Source: an uncultured Prevotella sp.
Lineage (GTDB): Bacteria; Bacteroidota; Bacteroidia; Bacteroidales; Bacteroidaceae
Direction: 5' to 3'
Assembly (NCBI GenBank): GCA_905236165.1
Contig: CAJOOC010000111.1
Coordinates: 2,924 to 66,923, forward strand
DNA: 64,000 nt
Part shown: piece by piece, positions 1 to 10,176 of the stretch
How the letters are laid out: each line of letters begins with the position of its first letter
Position numbering within the stretch: the first letter of the stretch is position 1
Position numbers and translations under genes: made by a program
The notes under the pieces: model-generated
Databases searched by the model: none
Seen by the model: the letters and a program-made list of their open reading frames with translations, nothing else
What the model was told of the DNA's origin: nothing

Positions 1-173
1 GCGGTAATGCGCTGAAGACGCATGACACCAACGGTGCAGAGTCAGCTCACGGGGCAGGCTGGTCGTTTGGTGGAGGACTGATGATGGAGAAGTTCAAACT
101 GAACGTGTCTTACGGAAAGTATCATGTCAGCTCTTCAAGTCTCATGGTGAATGCAGCGTTTACAATCTTCTGA
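1..173 (+). CDS. 3' fragment of an outer-membrane protein, probably T9SS component PorQ
   Basis: Frame from nt 3 reads ...HGAGWSFGGGLMMEKFKLNVSYGKYHVSSSSLMVNAAFTIF*; alternating beta-strand pattern, terminal Phe, resembles Prevotella PorQ C-termini as recalled. Confidence 0.55.
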   Translation, partial: GNALKTHDTNGAESAHGAGWSFGGGLMMEKFKLNVSYGKYHVSSSSLMVNAAFTIF

Positions 174-183
174 ATGGAGGGTA

Positions 184-219
184 AATAGGAGAAATCGGAA
201 TAGTCGGAATAATCAGAAA
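184..219 (+). repeat. 9-bp tandem micro-array, 4 units (AATAGGAGA AATCGGAAT AGTCGGAAT AATCAGAAA)
   Basis: Read directly; fills the spacer before the polyprenyl synthetase gene. Confidence 0.75.
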
Positions 220-226
220 AAACAAT

Positions 227-1174
227 ATGCTTAACTCTATAAACCATTTCATTGAAGAACTCCCGCTTGATGTGGAGCCTCGCGGACTTTATGAGCCCGT
301 CAGTTATGTTATGTCGCTTGGCGGTAAGCGCCTTCGTCCCCAGCTGATGCTGATGTCATATGCCCTGTGGAAGGAAGATACCGATGCTGTTCTGCCTCAG
401 GCTGTTGCGCTGGAGATGTATCATAACTTCACGCTCCTTCACGACGATGTGATGGACAATGCTGATATGCGTCGCGGCATGCCTACTGTTCATAAGCGCT
501 GGGATGTGAATACCGCCATCCTTTCTGGCGACAATATGCTATGCATGGCCTTCAGGATGATGGGCGAATGCATGGATGCCGAGGTGTTTGACTGCTTTGC
601 CCGCACCACGATAGAGATTAATCACGGACAGCAGTATGACATCGACTTTGAAAGCCGTCAGGATGTGACAGAGTCGGAGTATATGGAGATGATTCGCCTT
701 AAGACGAGTGTGCTCCTTGCCTGCGCCATGAAGATTGGTGCCCTGCGCGCTGGTGCGCCAAAGGAGGATGTTGAGAGACTGTACCGCTTTGGCGAGTGTA
801 TGGGGCTGGCGTTCCAGCTTCAGGACGATTATCTCGACGTCTACGGTGACCCAAAGGTATTCGGCAAGGCCATCGGTGGTGACATCATGGAGAACAAGAA
901 GACCTTCATGCTCATCAACGCTCTTCTTCGTGCTGAGGGAAAAGACAAGGAGGAGTTACTCCACTGGATTGGCGGCAGGGACTTTGACCGTCAGGAAAAA
1001 GTGTCTGCGGTGACTGCTCTCTACGATAAGCTTGGCATTGACAAACTGGCCCAATCGAAGATTGAGGATTACTATAATATGGCAATACAATCGCTTGATG
1101 AGGTAAATGTTACGGAAGAACGTAAAGTTGCCTTGCGCACCTTTGCTGAGCAGATACTGAAGAGAGAAAAATGA
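227..1174 (+). CDS. Polyprenyl synthetase (IspA/GGPP synthase family)
   Basis: GGKRLRP, HDDVMD (FARM), GQQYD, FQLQDDYLD (SARM). Confidence 0.95.
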   Translation: MLNSINHFIEELPLDVEPRGLYEPVSYVMSLGGKRLRPQLMLMSYALWKEDTDAVLPQAVALEMYHNFTLLHDDVMDNADMRRGMPTVHKRWDVNTAILSGDNMLCMAFRMMGECMDAEVFDCFARTTIEINHGQQYDIDFESRQDVTESEYMEMIRLKTSVLLACAMKIGALRAGAPKEDVERLYRFGECMGLAFQLQDDYLDVYGDPKVFGKAIGGDIMENKKTFMLINALLRAEGKDKEELLHWIGGRDFDRQEKVSAVTALYDKLGIDKLAQSKIEDYYNMAIQSLDEVNVTEERKVALRTFAEQILKREK

Positions 1175-1956
1175 TACGTTTCATCGATACCCATATACAC
1201 CTTGACGGTGAAGAGTATGATGCTGATCGCCAGCAGGTAGTATCACGTGCCGTAGCCTCTGGAGCAGAGATGCTCTTCGTACCGGGCATCAACCTCGCTT
1301 CGGTAGGAACGGTGAAAGATGTTTGTGCTACCTATCCCGATGTGTGTCGGGGTATGATAGGCCTCCATCCCGAGGATGTGAAGGCGGACTACAGGGAGGT
1401 GCTTGCCGAGCTGAGGACCCATCTTGACGACATCCCTTGGATAGCCATAGGCGAGATAGGTCTTGACTACTACTGGTCCCGCGAATTTGAGAACGAGCAG
1501 CAGGAGGCGTTCGAGGTTCAGGTGGAGTGGGGCAGTGAACGCTCCCTTCCGCTGATGATACACAGCCGTAAGGCCCAGAACGATATAGTGCATATCCTTC
1601 GCGGCAAACAAGGAGTGCGTGGCGTGTTCCATTGCTTTACGGGCAACGCTCATGAGGCTGAGGAACTGCTTTCTTTTGACGGTTTCTGTCTGGGCATCGG
1701 TGGTGTGCTGACATTCAAGAAGAGTAACCTTCCTGAGACTCTGGCTGCTGCAGTACCTTTGCAGCGCATTGTGCTTGAGACGGATGCTCCCTATATGGCT
1801 CCCGTACCCCACAGAGGAGAGCGAAACGAATCGTCTTTTATAGTTAATATAATAAACAGACTGGCAGAGGTTTATAATGTCTCACCTGAAGAAGTGGCAC
1901 AAGTTACTACACGTACTGCAAAAAAGATGTTTCAAATTAACGAATTAACAAATTAA
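1171..1956 (+). CDS. tatD: TatD family deoxyribonuclease
   Basis: DTHIH, GLHP, GEIGLDY, HSR, HCF, ETDAPY motifs. Confidence 0.95.
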   Translation: MIRFIDTHIHLDGEEYDADRQQVVSRAVASGAEMLFVPGINLASVGTVKDVCATYPDVCRGMIGLHPEDVKADYREVLAELRTHLDDIPWIAIGEIGLDYYWSREFENEQQEAFEVQVEWGSERSLPLMIHSRKAQNDIVHILRGKQGVRGVFHCFTGNAHEAEELLSFDGFCLGIGGVLTFKKSNLPETLAAAVPLQRIVLETDAPYMAPVPHRGERNESSFIVNIINRLAEVYNVSPEEVAQVTTRTAKKMFQINELTN

Positions 1957-1960
1957 CGAA
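1933..1960 (+). repeat. 8-bp micro-array (CRAATTAA) containing the tatD stop codon
   Basis: caaattaa cgaattaa caaattaa cgaa. Confidence 0.9.
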
Positions 1961-2110
1961 CCCCGAGCATAGCGACTATAAAGAATTGCCCGTAGTTGCC
2001 CCAGCGGGGCGGGCGAATTCTTTAAGAAGCATTGCGAGCGGGTCGGCGAAAGCCAATTAACAAATTGGCATCGCCGAACTTCTTAATGCTATAGTTAACA
2101 TATTAAAGAA

Positions 2111-4165
2111 TTGAAGAATTGTTTTTACATACTCCTCTTGTCTGTGCTCCTTGTGGGCTGTGATGCTGCGTCCTACGTTAAGAAGGGCGATAAGGCACGT
2201 GCCATAGGAGAATACTATATTGCAGCTGATTACTACCGCAAGGCGTACAGCAAGACCCCTTCGGCAGAGAAGGAACTGCGCGGTCAGCGTGCTCTCATGA
2301 TGGCAGAGTGCTATGGTCACATTTATAATACTCAGAAGGCCCTCGGAGCCTATCGTAATGCCATAAGATACAATATTGCTACCCCTGGCGACAGGCTTGC
2401 CTACGCTCGTCTGCTGCTAAAGAATGGCGACTATAAGGCTGCGCTGACAGAGTTTGAGCAGCTTCGTGACTCCATGCCTGACAATGTGTTAGTGAAGAAC
2501 GGGCTTCTCTCTGCCACTAAGGCTCCTGAATGGAAGAAGGAGGGCTCTGCATACAAGGTGAAGAAGATGGATGTATTCAATTCCCGCCGCGATGATTATT
2601 CCCCCTGTCTTGGCGGTGAGGACTATGACAAGCTATACTTCACCTCTACCCGCAATGATGCTGACGGCGATGAGCTCAGCGGAGTGACAGGCATGAAGGC
2701 TGCTGACATCTTTTTTTCAGAGATGGACGACAAAGGCAAATGGAGTCGTCCCGAGCCCATCGGTACGGGTCTGAACAGCGAGAATGACGAGGGAGCCTGC
2801 TATATCACCCCTGACGGTCAGGAGATGTATCTCACCCAGTGTACGTCCAACCCTACCTATCCCCGATATGCCCAGATAGTAGTGGCGAAGCGTTCAGATG
2901 CCTCATGGGGAAAGCCCTCGGCATGCGAAATTACGAAGGACACCCTCTCTGTCTTTGCTCATCCAGCTGTCTCGCCCGATGGTGAGTGGCTGTATTTTGT
3001 CAGCGACATGCCCGGCGGCAATGGCGGCTATGACATCTGGCGCTCACGCATCACATCGATGGGACCGATGGGTGTACAGAACCTTGGAGAGCCCATCAAT
3101 ACCCCGGGCAACGAGATGTTCCCCACCTTCAGGCCCAATGGCGACTTCTACTTCTCTTCAGACGGCCATCCCGGCATGGGTGGTTTGGATATCTTCATTG
3201 CCAAGATAGGAAAAGATGACCGCTATCACATAGAACACCCCGGGTATCCACTAAATTCTATGGCTGATGACTTCGGAATGACCTTCGAGGGTCAGCACAA
3301 CCGAGGCTTCTTCTCTTCCAGCCGGGGCGACGGCAGGGGAAACGACCATATCTTTGCATTTGAGAACCCCGAGGTGGTTCAGACCATCAAGGGATGGGTC
3401 TACGAGATTGACGGCTATGAGCTACAGGCAGCCGACGTGCGCATAGTAGGAAGCGATGGCACCAATGAGCGCATGGGCGTGAAGAGCGATGGTAGCTTTG
3501 AGTATCTTCCCACACCTGGAGTGGAATATATCATCCTGGCTACCTGCAACGGTTTCCTAAACCATAAGGAGGAATTGAAGGTTCCGACGGGGGTGAAAGA
3601 ATCTGAGACGTACACCCTGCAGTTCCCCTTGGCCAATATCTCCGTTCCGGTATTGGTCGACAATATCTTCTTTGAGTTTGACAAGGCCCGCCTGCTGCCT
3701 TCCAGCGCGCTGGCCCTTGACTCGCTGGTGCTGTTGCTCAACGAAAACCCCAACATCACCATCGAACTGTCCGCTCATACCGACTACAAGGGTAGCAACG
3801 ACTACAACAAGACTCTCTCCCAACGACGCGCCGAGGCTGTTGTGGAATACCTTATTGGCAAGGGCATCCCTTCAGAGCGACTCACTCCTGTGGGCTATGG
3901 TGAGGATAATCCCAAGCGCATAAGGAAAAAGGTGGCTGAGCGCTATGCATGGCTCAAGGAAGGCGACGTGCTTACTGAGGAGTTCATACAGAAGCTGAAG
4001 CCTGCCGAGCAGGAGACGGCCAATGCCCTGAACCGCAGAACGGAATTCAAGGTGTTGCGTACCACATATAATATGTTTGACGAGAACGGCAACCTGAAGA
4101 ATGTGCCCAAACCCCGCAAACCGCAAATTGACGAGGATGCAAACGATGAATTCTTCTTTGAATAG
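2111..4165 (+). CDS. PorE-like lipoprotein (TPR + PD40 propeller + CarboxypepD-like + OmpA domain)
   Basis: Lipobox LLVGC, TPR helices, LYFTS/LYFVSD/FYFSSDG PD40 repeats, OmpA motif LSAHTD..G...YN..LSQRRA and NRRTEF; TTG start. Confidence 0.85.
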   Translation: MKNCFYILLLSVLLVGCDAASYVKKGDKARAIGEYYIAADYYRKAYSKTPSAEKELRGQRALMMAECYGHIYNTQKALGAYRNAIRYNIATPGDRLAYARLLLKNGDYKAALTEFEQLRDSMPDNVLVKNGLLSATKAPEWKKEGSAYKVKKMDVFNSRRDDYSPCLGGEDYDKLYFTSTRNDADGDELSGVTGMKAADIFFSEMDDKGKWSRPEPIGTGLNSENDEGACYITPDGQEMYLTQCTSNPTYPRYAQIVVAKRSDASWGKPSACEITKDTLSVFAHPAVSPDGEWLYFVSDMPGGNGGYDIWRSRITSMGPMGVQNLGEPINTPGNEMFPTFRPNGDFYFSSDGHPGMGGLDIFIAKIGKDDRYHIEHPGYPLNSMADDFGMTFEGQHNRGFFSSSRGDGRGNDHIFAFENPEVVQTIKGWVYEIDGYELQAADVRIVGSDGTNERMGVKSDGSFEYLPTPGVEYIILATCNGFLNHKEELKVPTGVKESETYTLQFPLANISVPVLVDNIFFEFDKARLLPSSALALDSLVLLLNENPNITIELSAHTDYKGSNDYNKTLSQRRAEAVVEYLIGKGIPSERLTPVGYGEDNPKRIRKKVAERYAWLKEGDVLTEEFIQKLKPAEQETANALNRRTEFKVLRTTYNMFDENGNLKNVPKPRKPQIDEDANDEFFFE

Positions 4166-5399
4166 GCTCCCAGAGGATTTCGCGGCCTACACCCGTGAAC
4201 TGTTTGGCGAAGAACGTTGGGAAAGGTATCTCGCATCTTTCAACGATACTCCCCCAGTGTCCATACGTCTGAACCCATTCAAGGCAACTGCCGGCATTGG
4301 GATACCTTTATCGGGAACGGACAAGATGCCTGTCCCGTGGTGCTGGAACGCCTGGTATCTTGCCGAACGCCCTGACTTTACCGCTGATCCTCTGCTCCAT
4401 GCAGGCACCTATTACGTTCAGGAGGCGGCATCGATGTTCCTTGATGAGATGATGCGACAGCTGCCAATGCCTGTTGAGGGCAGAGTACTGGATTTGTGTG
4501 CCGCACCAGGTGGCAAGTCAACACTTATGAGAGCCGTCCTTGCCGATGAAGTGACGCTCTATAGCAACGAGCCCAACAGAAAGCGTGCAAACATCCTGAT
4601 GGAGAATATGCAGAAGCAGGGCCACCATAACGTTGTTGTTACCAACAACTTCCCCGCTGACTATCAGAGGGCAGGCATGCTCTTCGACATGATACTCACC
4701 GATGTGCCCTGTTCCGGTGAGGGGATGTTCAGGAAGGATGCCGGCTCCATAGAAGAATGGTCGCTCAATGGCGTGATGAAATGTCAGCAGCTGCAGCGTG
4801 AGATAGTAGAGACGATATGGCCGTGCCTGAAAGAGGGCGGCATACTTATATATAGCACATGCACCTTCAATACCCGTGAGGATGAGGAGAACGTAAAATG
4901 GATAATGGACACGCTTGGGGCTTCACCCGTTGCTGTCTCTGTTCAGCCAGAATGGCAGATTACTGGTTCTCTTCTCAAGGGCTTCGACGCTCCGGTATAC
5001 CGCTTTATCCCTGGTATCTCTAAGGGCGAGGGTCTTTTTATGGCTGTGATGCGGAAGACGGGTGGAGCGACGTTGATGGAGAAGACGGGCAGACATGCTG
5101 CAAACGGTCTGCATATCCTCTCTGATGGTAATCCCAAGGTCACCGACAAGGCTCCCGCACACGCTGAGGCATTGCTGGCAGCTCTTGACAGGAGCAGATA
5201 CCCTATGGTGGAGCTGACCCTTGACGATGCCTTGAGATACCTTCATCGTGAGGCGCTGGTGTTGCCGCCTGATACGCCGAGGGGTTTTGTCATAGTGACA
5301 TATCAGAACATCCCGCTCGGATTTATGAAGAATATCGGTACAAGGGCCAACAATCTTTACCCGCAGGAGTGGAGGATAAGGAGAGGGGTTGACCATTGA
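4146..5399 (+). CDS. RsmB/RsmF (NOL1/NOP2) rRNA m5C methyltransferase
   Basis: YYVQEAAS, LDLCAAPGGKST, DVPCSGEG, YSTCT; start uncertain (ATG 4146 or TTG 4158). Confidence 0.9.
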   Translation: MNSSLNRLPEDFAAYTRELFGEERWERYLASFNDTPPVSIRLNPFKATAGIGIPLSGTDKMPVPWCWNAWYLAERPDFTADPLLHAGTYYVQEAASMFLDEMMRQLPMPVEGRVLDLCAAPGGKSTLMRAVLADEVTLYSNEPNRKRANILMENMQKQGHHNVVVTNNFPADYQRAGMLFDMILTDVPCSGEGMFRKDAGSIEEWSLNGVMKCQQLQREIVETIWPCLKEGGILIYSTCTFNTREDEENVKWIMDTLGASPVAVSVQPEWQITGSLLKGFDAPVYRFIPGISKGEGLFMAVMRKTGGATLMEKTGRHAANGLHILSDGNPKVTDKAPAHAEALLAALDRSRYPMVELTLDDALRYLHREALVLPPDTPRGFVIVTYQNIPLGFMKNIGTRANNLYPQEWRIRRGVDH

Positions 5400-5415
5400 A
5401 CATTGACCATTGAAA
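5388..5415 (+). repeat. 7-bp micro-array (RTTGAMM) containing the methyltransferase stop codon
   Basis: gttgacc attgaac attgacc attgaaa. Confidence 0.9.
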
Positions 5416-5441
5416 GTATTACATAAAAAAAGAATAACGCT

Positions 5442-6155
5442 ATGGAGAAAGATTTCAAGAGTTCTGCCATTCTTGCAGCAGGCATTTTTGTAGGATTACT
5501 GGTGTTGGGTATGTGTCTTAAGTCTGGCATAGACAATATTGTAGACAAAGACCGCTGCGTTACCGTCAAGGGTCTTGCTGAAGAAGAGGTAGAGGCCGAC
5601 AAGGTTACATGGCCCATCCGCACCAAGGAGATAGGCAACGACCTGCCTGCTCTTTATGCCAAGATCAACAGCACCACGGAGGTGATACGTCAGTTTCTGA
5701 AGGCCGGAGGTGTGAAAGACGAAGAAATCAGCGTCAATGCCCCCACGGTCATCGATATGAATGCTGAGCGTTATGGCGACTACAACCGCCCCTACCGCTA
5801 CAACATCACGTCGACCATCACCGTCAGCTCTTCACAGGTTAAGCTCATCCGCAAGCTCATAGCCCGTCAGGGAGAGCTGTTGCAGAAGGGTGTGGCCATC
5901 GTTGAGGGCGACTATGAGAACCCTGTTAAATATGAGCTGGTGTCATTCCGCGATATGAAACCCCGCATGATGACCGAAGCAATCAAGAATGCCGAAAAGA
6001 CCGCGCAGCAGTTTGCTGAGAACAGTCACTCTGTGCTCAATAAGATAACGAAGGCCGACCAGGGACAGTTCAGCATTGATAACCGCGACGAGAACACCCC
6101 TTATATAAAGAAGGTACGCGTCGTGACCACTGTTACTTATTCCCTGAAAGACTAA
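5442..6155 (+). CDS. SIMPL (DUF541) domain protein
   Basis: N-terminal TM helix, VTVKGLAEEEVEAD, C-terminal KKVRVVTTVTY. Confidence 0.85.
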   Translation: MEKDFKSSAILAAGIFVGLLVLGMCLKSGIDNIVDKDRCVTVKGLAEEEVEADKVTWPIRTKEIGNDLPALYAKINSTTEVIRQFLKAGGVKDEEISVNAPTVIDMNAERYGDYNRPYRYNITSTITVSSSQVKLIRKLIARQGELLQKGVAIVEGDYENPVKYELVSFRDMKPRMMTEAIKNAEKTAQQFAENSHSVLNKITKADQGQFSIDNRDENTPYIKKVRVVTTVTYSLKD

Positions 6156-6171
6156 AGTGTGTAATAGAATT

Positions 6172-6711
6172 ATGAAGAAAATACTGTTTAGCATAGCATT
6201 CATTGGTGTAGTGTTGGCATGCTCCACTACTCCCGAGCGTAGCATTCAGCCACTTATTGAGGGTGCGGTGATGGGTGCCTTGGATAAGCCTGCCTCATAT
6301 CAGCCCATCCAGACAGAGATAGACAGTGCCTTCTCCCCACAGGATGATGCTGACCTGTTCCGCTTGCTGTCAGAGATAGCAGACCTCAACCAGGAACTCA
6401 GCCTCACGATAGGCAAGGGGTCTGTTGTCCTGACTGGCGACGTTAAGGAGAAAATCAAGGACAAGACGGAGAAAGTGGCACAGATACTCCAGCGTAAGAA
6501 GACGTTCATCGGCTATAAGGTCACACATACCTTCAGCGCAGAGAATAATCTTGGCGAGAACGTGAAGGAAAGCAATATCTATCTGGTAAACAAAGATGTC
6601 AGCAAGATACTCTTCTCAATGACGCCAGAGGACTATGCTCAGCTGCAGCAGGCCATTGTCACGCTGCAGGAGAAATTCCAGAAGCGGCTCGAAGTTCCCG
6701 AGGAACAATGA
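6172..6711 (+). CDS. Hypothetical lipoprotein
   Basis: MKKILFSIAFIGVVLAC lipoprotein signal; no recognised domain. Confidence 0.7.
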   Translation: MKKILFSIAFIGVVLACSTTPERSIQPLIEGAVMGALDKPASYQPIQTEIDSAFSPQDDADLFRLLSEIADLNQELSLTIGKGSVVLTGDVKEKIKDKTEKVAQILQRKKTFIGYKVTHTFSAENNLGENVKESNIYLVNKDVSKILFSMTPEDYAQLQQAIVTLQEKFQKRLEVPEEQ

Positions 6712-6763
6712 CCTGTTTCCTTTCCTGTCCATAAACAATGACCTGTTTCCTTTCCTGTCCATA
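6704..6763 (+). repeat. Perfect 30-bp tandem duplication spanning the stop codon
   Basis: AACAATGACCTGTTTCCTTTCCTGTCCATA x2. Confidence 0.95.
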
Positions 6764-6878
6764 ATTAGTGTGGTCATCGGTCTTGATGACTACGGTCGAT
6801 GTCGCCCCTGTTGAAAATGTAACATGTCAACGAAAGTTAAATCTTAGGTTTATCTCCGTATTGTGTGAGATTTTTTAG

Positions 6879-6886
6879 TACCTTTG
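6879..6886 (+). promoter_or_regulatory. Bacteroidota sigma-A -7 box for typA
   Basis: TACCTTTG matches TAnnTTTG, 46 nt upstream of the ATG. Confidence 0.7.
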
Positions 6887-6932
6887 CACATAAATTCATA
6901 ACAACAGGCAATAACAACAGGCAATAACAACG

Positions 6933-8738
6933 ATGCAAGACATAAGAAATATAGCCATCATAGCCCATGTGGATCATGGCAAGACAACGCTTGTGGACAA
7001 GATGATGCTTGCCGGCAAGCTTTTCCGTGACGGACAGAACAACTCCAGCCAGGTGCTTGACGCCAACGACCTTGAGCGCGAGCGTGGCATCACGATACTC
7101 TCCAAGAATGTATCAATCAACTGGAAAGGTACCAAGATAAATATCATCGACACCCCTGGCCACAGCGACTTCGGCGGTGAGGTAGAGCGAGTGCTCAATA
7201 TGGCTGACGGCTGCATACTGCTCGTTGATGCTTTTGAGGGTCCGATGCCCCAGACGCGCTTCGTACTTCAGAAGGCATTGGAGATTGGCCTCAAACCCAT
7301 CGTGGTAGTAAATAAGGTGGACAAGCCCAACTGCCGTCCCGAAGAGGTCTATGAGATGGTGTTTGACCTTATGTTTGCCCTTAATGCTACCGAAGATCAG
7401 CTTGACTTCCCCGTCGTCTATGGTTCTGCAAAGCAGGGCTGGATGTCAGAGGACTATAACAAGCCTACGGACAACATAGAATACCTCCTTGACAAGATTA
7501 TTGAGGTTATCCCTGCTCCGGAGCAGCTGGAGGGCACTCCTCAGATGCTCATCACGTCGCTCGACTATTCTACATATACAGGCCGCATAGCTGTTGGTCG
7601 TGTGCATCGCGGCACTCTTAAGGCTGGCATGCCCATCACGATATCACATCGTGACGGCTCGTTGGAGAAGACGAAGATCAAGGAGCTGCATACCTTCGAT
7701 GGTATGGGTCATCATGCTACTGAAGAGGTGTCATCAGGCGACATCTGCGCCGTCATTGGGCTCTCCAATTTTGAGATTGGCGATACGCTCTGTGATTCAG
7801 AGGCACCTGAGGCATTACCTACCATATCGGTGGATGAGCCCACTATGTCGATGCTCTTCACCATCAACGACTCTCCTTTCTTTGGCAAGGAAGGCAAATT
7901 CGTTACCTCACGCCATATCAACGACCGTCTCTCCCGCGAGACAGAGAAGAACCTTGCACTCCGTGTGGAGCCTTTCGGTGACAGTACCGACAAGTGGGTT
8001 GTCAGCGGTCGTGGCGTGCTGCATCTCTCCGTGCTTATCGAGACGATGCGTCGTGAGGGCTATGAGCTGCAGGTGGGACAGCCACAGGTGATATACAAAG
8101 AGATTGGCGGGCAGCGCTGCGAGCCGATAGAAGAGCTGAACATCAATGTTCCCGAGGAGTTTGCCAGCAAGATGATTGACATGGTGACGCGCCGCAAGGG
8201 TGAGATGACAGGTATGGAGACCCAGGGCGACCGTGTAAACATCGACTTTGACATCCCTTCACGCGGCACCATAGGCCTTCGCACCAATATCCTCACGGCA
8301 TCACAGGGTGAGGCCATCATGTCGCATCGTTTCAAGGAGTATCAGCCATACAAGGGCGACATAGAGCGCCGCACCAATGGTTCGATGATAGCCCTTGAGG
8401 CTGGCAATGCCTACGCTTACTCCATCGACAAGCTGCAGGACCGTGGTAAGTTCTTCATCGACCCGGGCGAGGATGTCTACGGCGGACAGGTAGTAGGAGA
8501 ACACGTGCATGATAACGACCTCGTCATCAACGTCACCAAGGCCAAGCAGCTCACCAACGTGCGTGCCTCTGGTTCCGACGACAAGGCGCGTATCATCCCT
8601 AAGGTGGTGATGTCGCTCGAGGAATGTCTGGAATACATAAAGGAGGACGAACTCGTTGAGGTGACGCCAAAGTCAATCCGCATGCGTAAGTCTATCCTTG
8701 ACCACCTGGAGCGCAAGCGTGCCGGCAGAGACAGCTGA
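6933..8738 (+). CDS. typA: Translational GTPase TypA/BipA
   Basis: AHVDHGKTT, ERERGITI, DTPGHSDFGGEVER, NKVD, GRGVLHL. Confidence 0.97.
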   Translation: MQDIRNIAIIAHVDHGKTTLVDKMMLAGKLFRDGQNNSSQVLDANDLERERGITILSKNVSINWKGTKINIIDTPGHSDFGGEVERVLNMADGCILLVDAFEGPMPQTRFVLQKALEIGLKPIVVVNKVDKPNCRPEEVYEMVFDLMFALNATEDQLDFPVVYGSAKQGWMSEDYNKPTDNIEYLLDKIIEVIPAPEQLEGTPQMLITSLDYSTYTGRIAVGRVHRGTLKAGMPITISHRDGSLEKTKIKELHTFDGMGHHATEEVSSGDICAVIGLSNFEIGDTLCDSEAPEALPTISVDEPTMSMLFTINDSPFFGKEGKFVTSRHINDRLSRETEKNLALRVEPFGDSTDKWVVSGRGVLHLSVLIETMRREGYELQVGQPQVIYKEIGGQRCEPIEELNINVPEEFASKMIDMVTRRKGEMTGMETQGDRVNIDFDIPSRGTIGLRTNILTASQGEAIMSHRFKEYQPYKGDIERRTNGSMIALEAGNAYAYSIDKLQDRGKFFIDPGEDVYGGQVVGEHVHDNDLVINVTKAKQLTNVRASGSDDKARIIPKVVMSLEECLEYIKEDELVEVTPKSIRMRKSILDHLERKRAGRDS

Positions 8739-8765
8739 TTTTGTAAATAACTATACTAAAACTCA

Positions 8766-8792
8766 TGGCGGGGTGAAAACACGCCCCGTCAT
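8766..8792 (+). terminator. GC-rich hairpin after typA (terminator or RNA stability element)
   Basis: ATGGCGGGG...CCCCGTCAT; no clear U-tract. Confidence 0.45.
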
Positions 8793-8813
8793 ATCTAACA
8801 ACCCCAAACAATT

Positions 8814-10160
8814 ATGAGAAGCATTTCATTAGACATCACGAAGGCGCAGCAGTTTCTTCCTGCAGGAGCCGTGATGGGTTACAAAAGTGACGTAGAGAAG
8901 GCACAGAAGGCCCTTGAGGAGGGTACGGTGCCCGGTAGCGATTTCCTTGGATGGCTGCATCTGCCAACAAGCATCACCCCGGAGTTTATCCAGGAGGTGA
9001 AAGCTGTAGCGGCTACTTTGCGTGAGAAGGCCGAAGTGGTTGTAGTGGCAGGCATCGGCGGTTCATATCTTGGTCCGCGTGCCGTAATCGAGGGTATCTG
9101 CAATACGTTCACATGGCTCATTCAGGACAAGAAGAATCCTATCGTGGTCTTTGCCGGAAATAATATCGGTGAAGACTATCTGGCAGAGCTGACAGACTAT
9201 CTCAAGACAAAGACTTTCTCCATCATCAATATCTCGAAGTCGGGCACCACAACAGAGACCGCCCTTACGTTCCGCCTGCTGAAGACACAGCTGGAGGCTC
9301 AGGTAGGCAAGGCTGCCGCCAAGGACCTTATTGTAGCCGTTACCGACGCAAAGAAGGGCGCTGCACGTACCTGTGCCGACAAGGAGGGATACAAGACCTT
9401 CGTCATTCCTGATGACGTGGGCGGCCGTTTCTCAGTCCTCACCCCTGTTGGTCTGCTGCCTATAGCATGTGCCGGCATCGACATCGAGCAGCTCGTGGCT
9501 GGTGCTCAGGCTATGGAGAAGCAATGTGCTGTTGATGTGCCTTTCGAGGAAAACCCAGCAGCCATCTACGCTGCTGTGCGTAATGCTCTCTACAGCAACG
9601 GCAAGAAGATTGAGATCCTCATCAACTACCAGCCCAAGCTGCATTACTATGCTGAGTGGTGGAAGCAGCTCTTCGGCGAGAGCGAGGGCAAGGACGGCAA
9701 GGGTATCTATCCTGCTTCGTGTGACTTCACCACCGACCTGCATTCTATGGGACAGTGGATACAGGAGGGTGAGCGCACCATTTTCGAGACATGCATCAGC
9801 GTGGAGAACCCAGAGAAGAAACTTCTCTTCCCATCTGACGAGGAGAACCTTGATGGTCTGAACTTCCTTGCAGGCAAGCGCATCGACGAGGTGAACAAGA
9901 ATGCGGAGCTCGGTACACGTCTGGCTCACGTTGACGGCGGTGTGCCTAATATCCTCATCTCTATAGAGAGGCTCGACGCATATAACTACGGTCAGCTGAT
10001 ATACTTCTTCGAGAAGGCCTGCGCCATCTCCGGCCAGCTGCTCGGCGTCAATGCCTTCAACCAGCCAGGTGTGGAGGCGTATAAGAAGAATATGTTCGCG
10101 CTACTGGAGAAGCCCGGCTATGAGGCAGAGACCAAAGCGATAAGAGCAAGGTTGGGATAA
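8814..10160 (+). CDS. pgi: Glucose-6-phosphate isomerase
   Basis: [40 protein letters not shown]. Confidence 0.97.
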   Translation: MRSISLDITKAQQFLPAGAVMGYKSDVEKAQKALEEGTVPGSDFLGWLHLPTSITPEFIQEVKAVAATLREKAEVVVVAGIGGSYLGPRAVIEGICNTFTWLIQDKKNPIVVFAGNNIGEDYLAELTDYLKTKTFSIINISKSGTTTETALTFRLLKTQLEAQVGKAAAKDLIVAVTDAKKGAARTCADKEGYKTFVIPDDVGGRFSVLTPVGLLPIACAGIDIEQLVAGAQAMEKQCAVDVPFEENPAAIYAAVRNALYSNGKKIEILINYQPKLHYYAEWWKQLFGESEGKDGKGIYPASCDFTTDLHSMGQWIQEGERTIFETCISVENPEKKLLFPSDEENLDGLNFLAGKRIDEVNKNAELGTRLAHVDGGVPNILISIERLDAYNYGQLIYFFEKACAISGQLLGVNAFNQPGVEAYKKNMFALLEKPGYEAETKAIRARLG

Positions 10161-10176
10161 TCCGGGTCTGGTTTTT

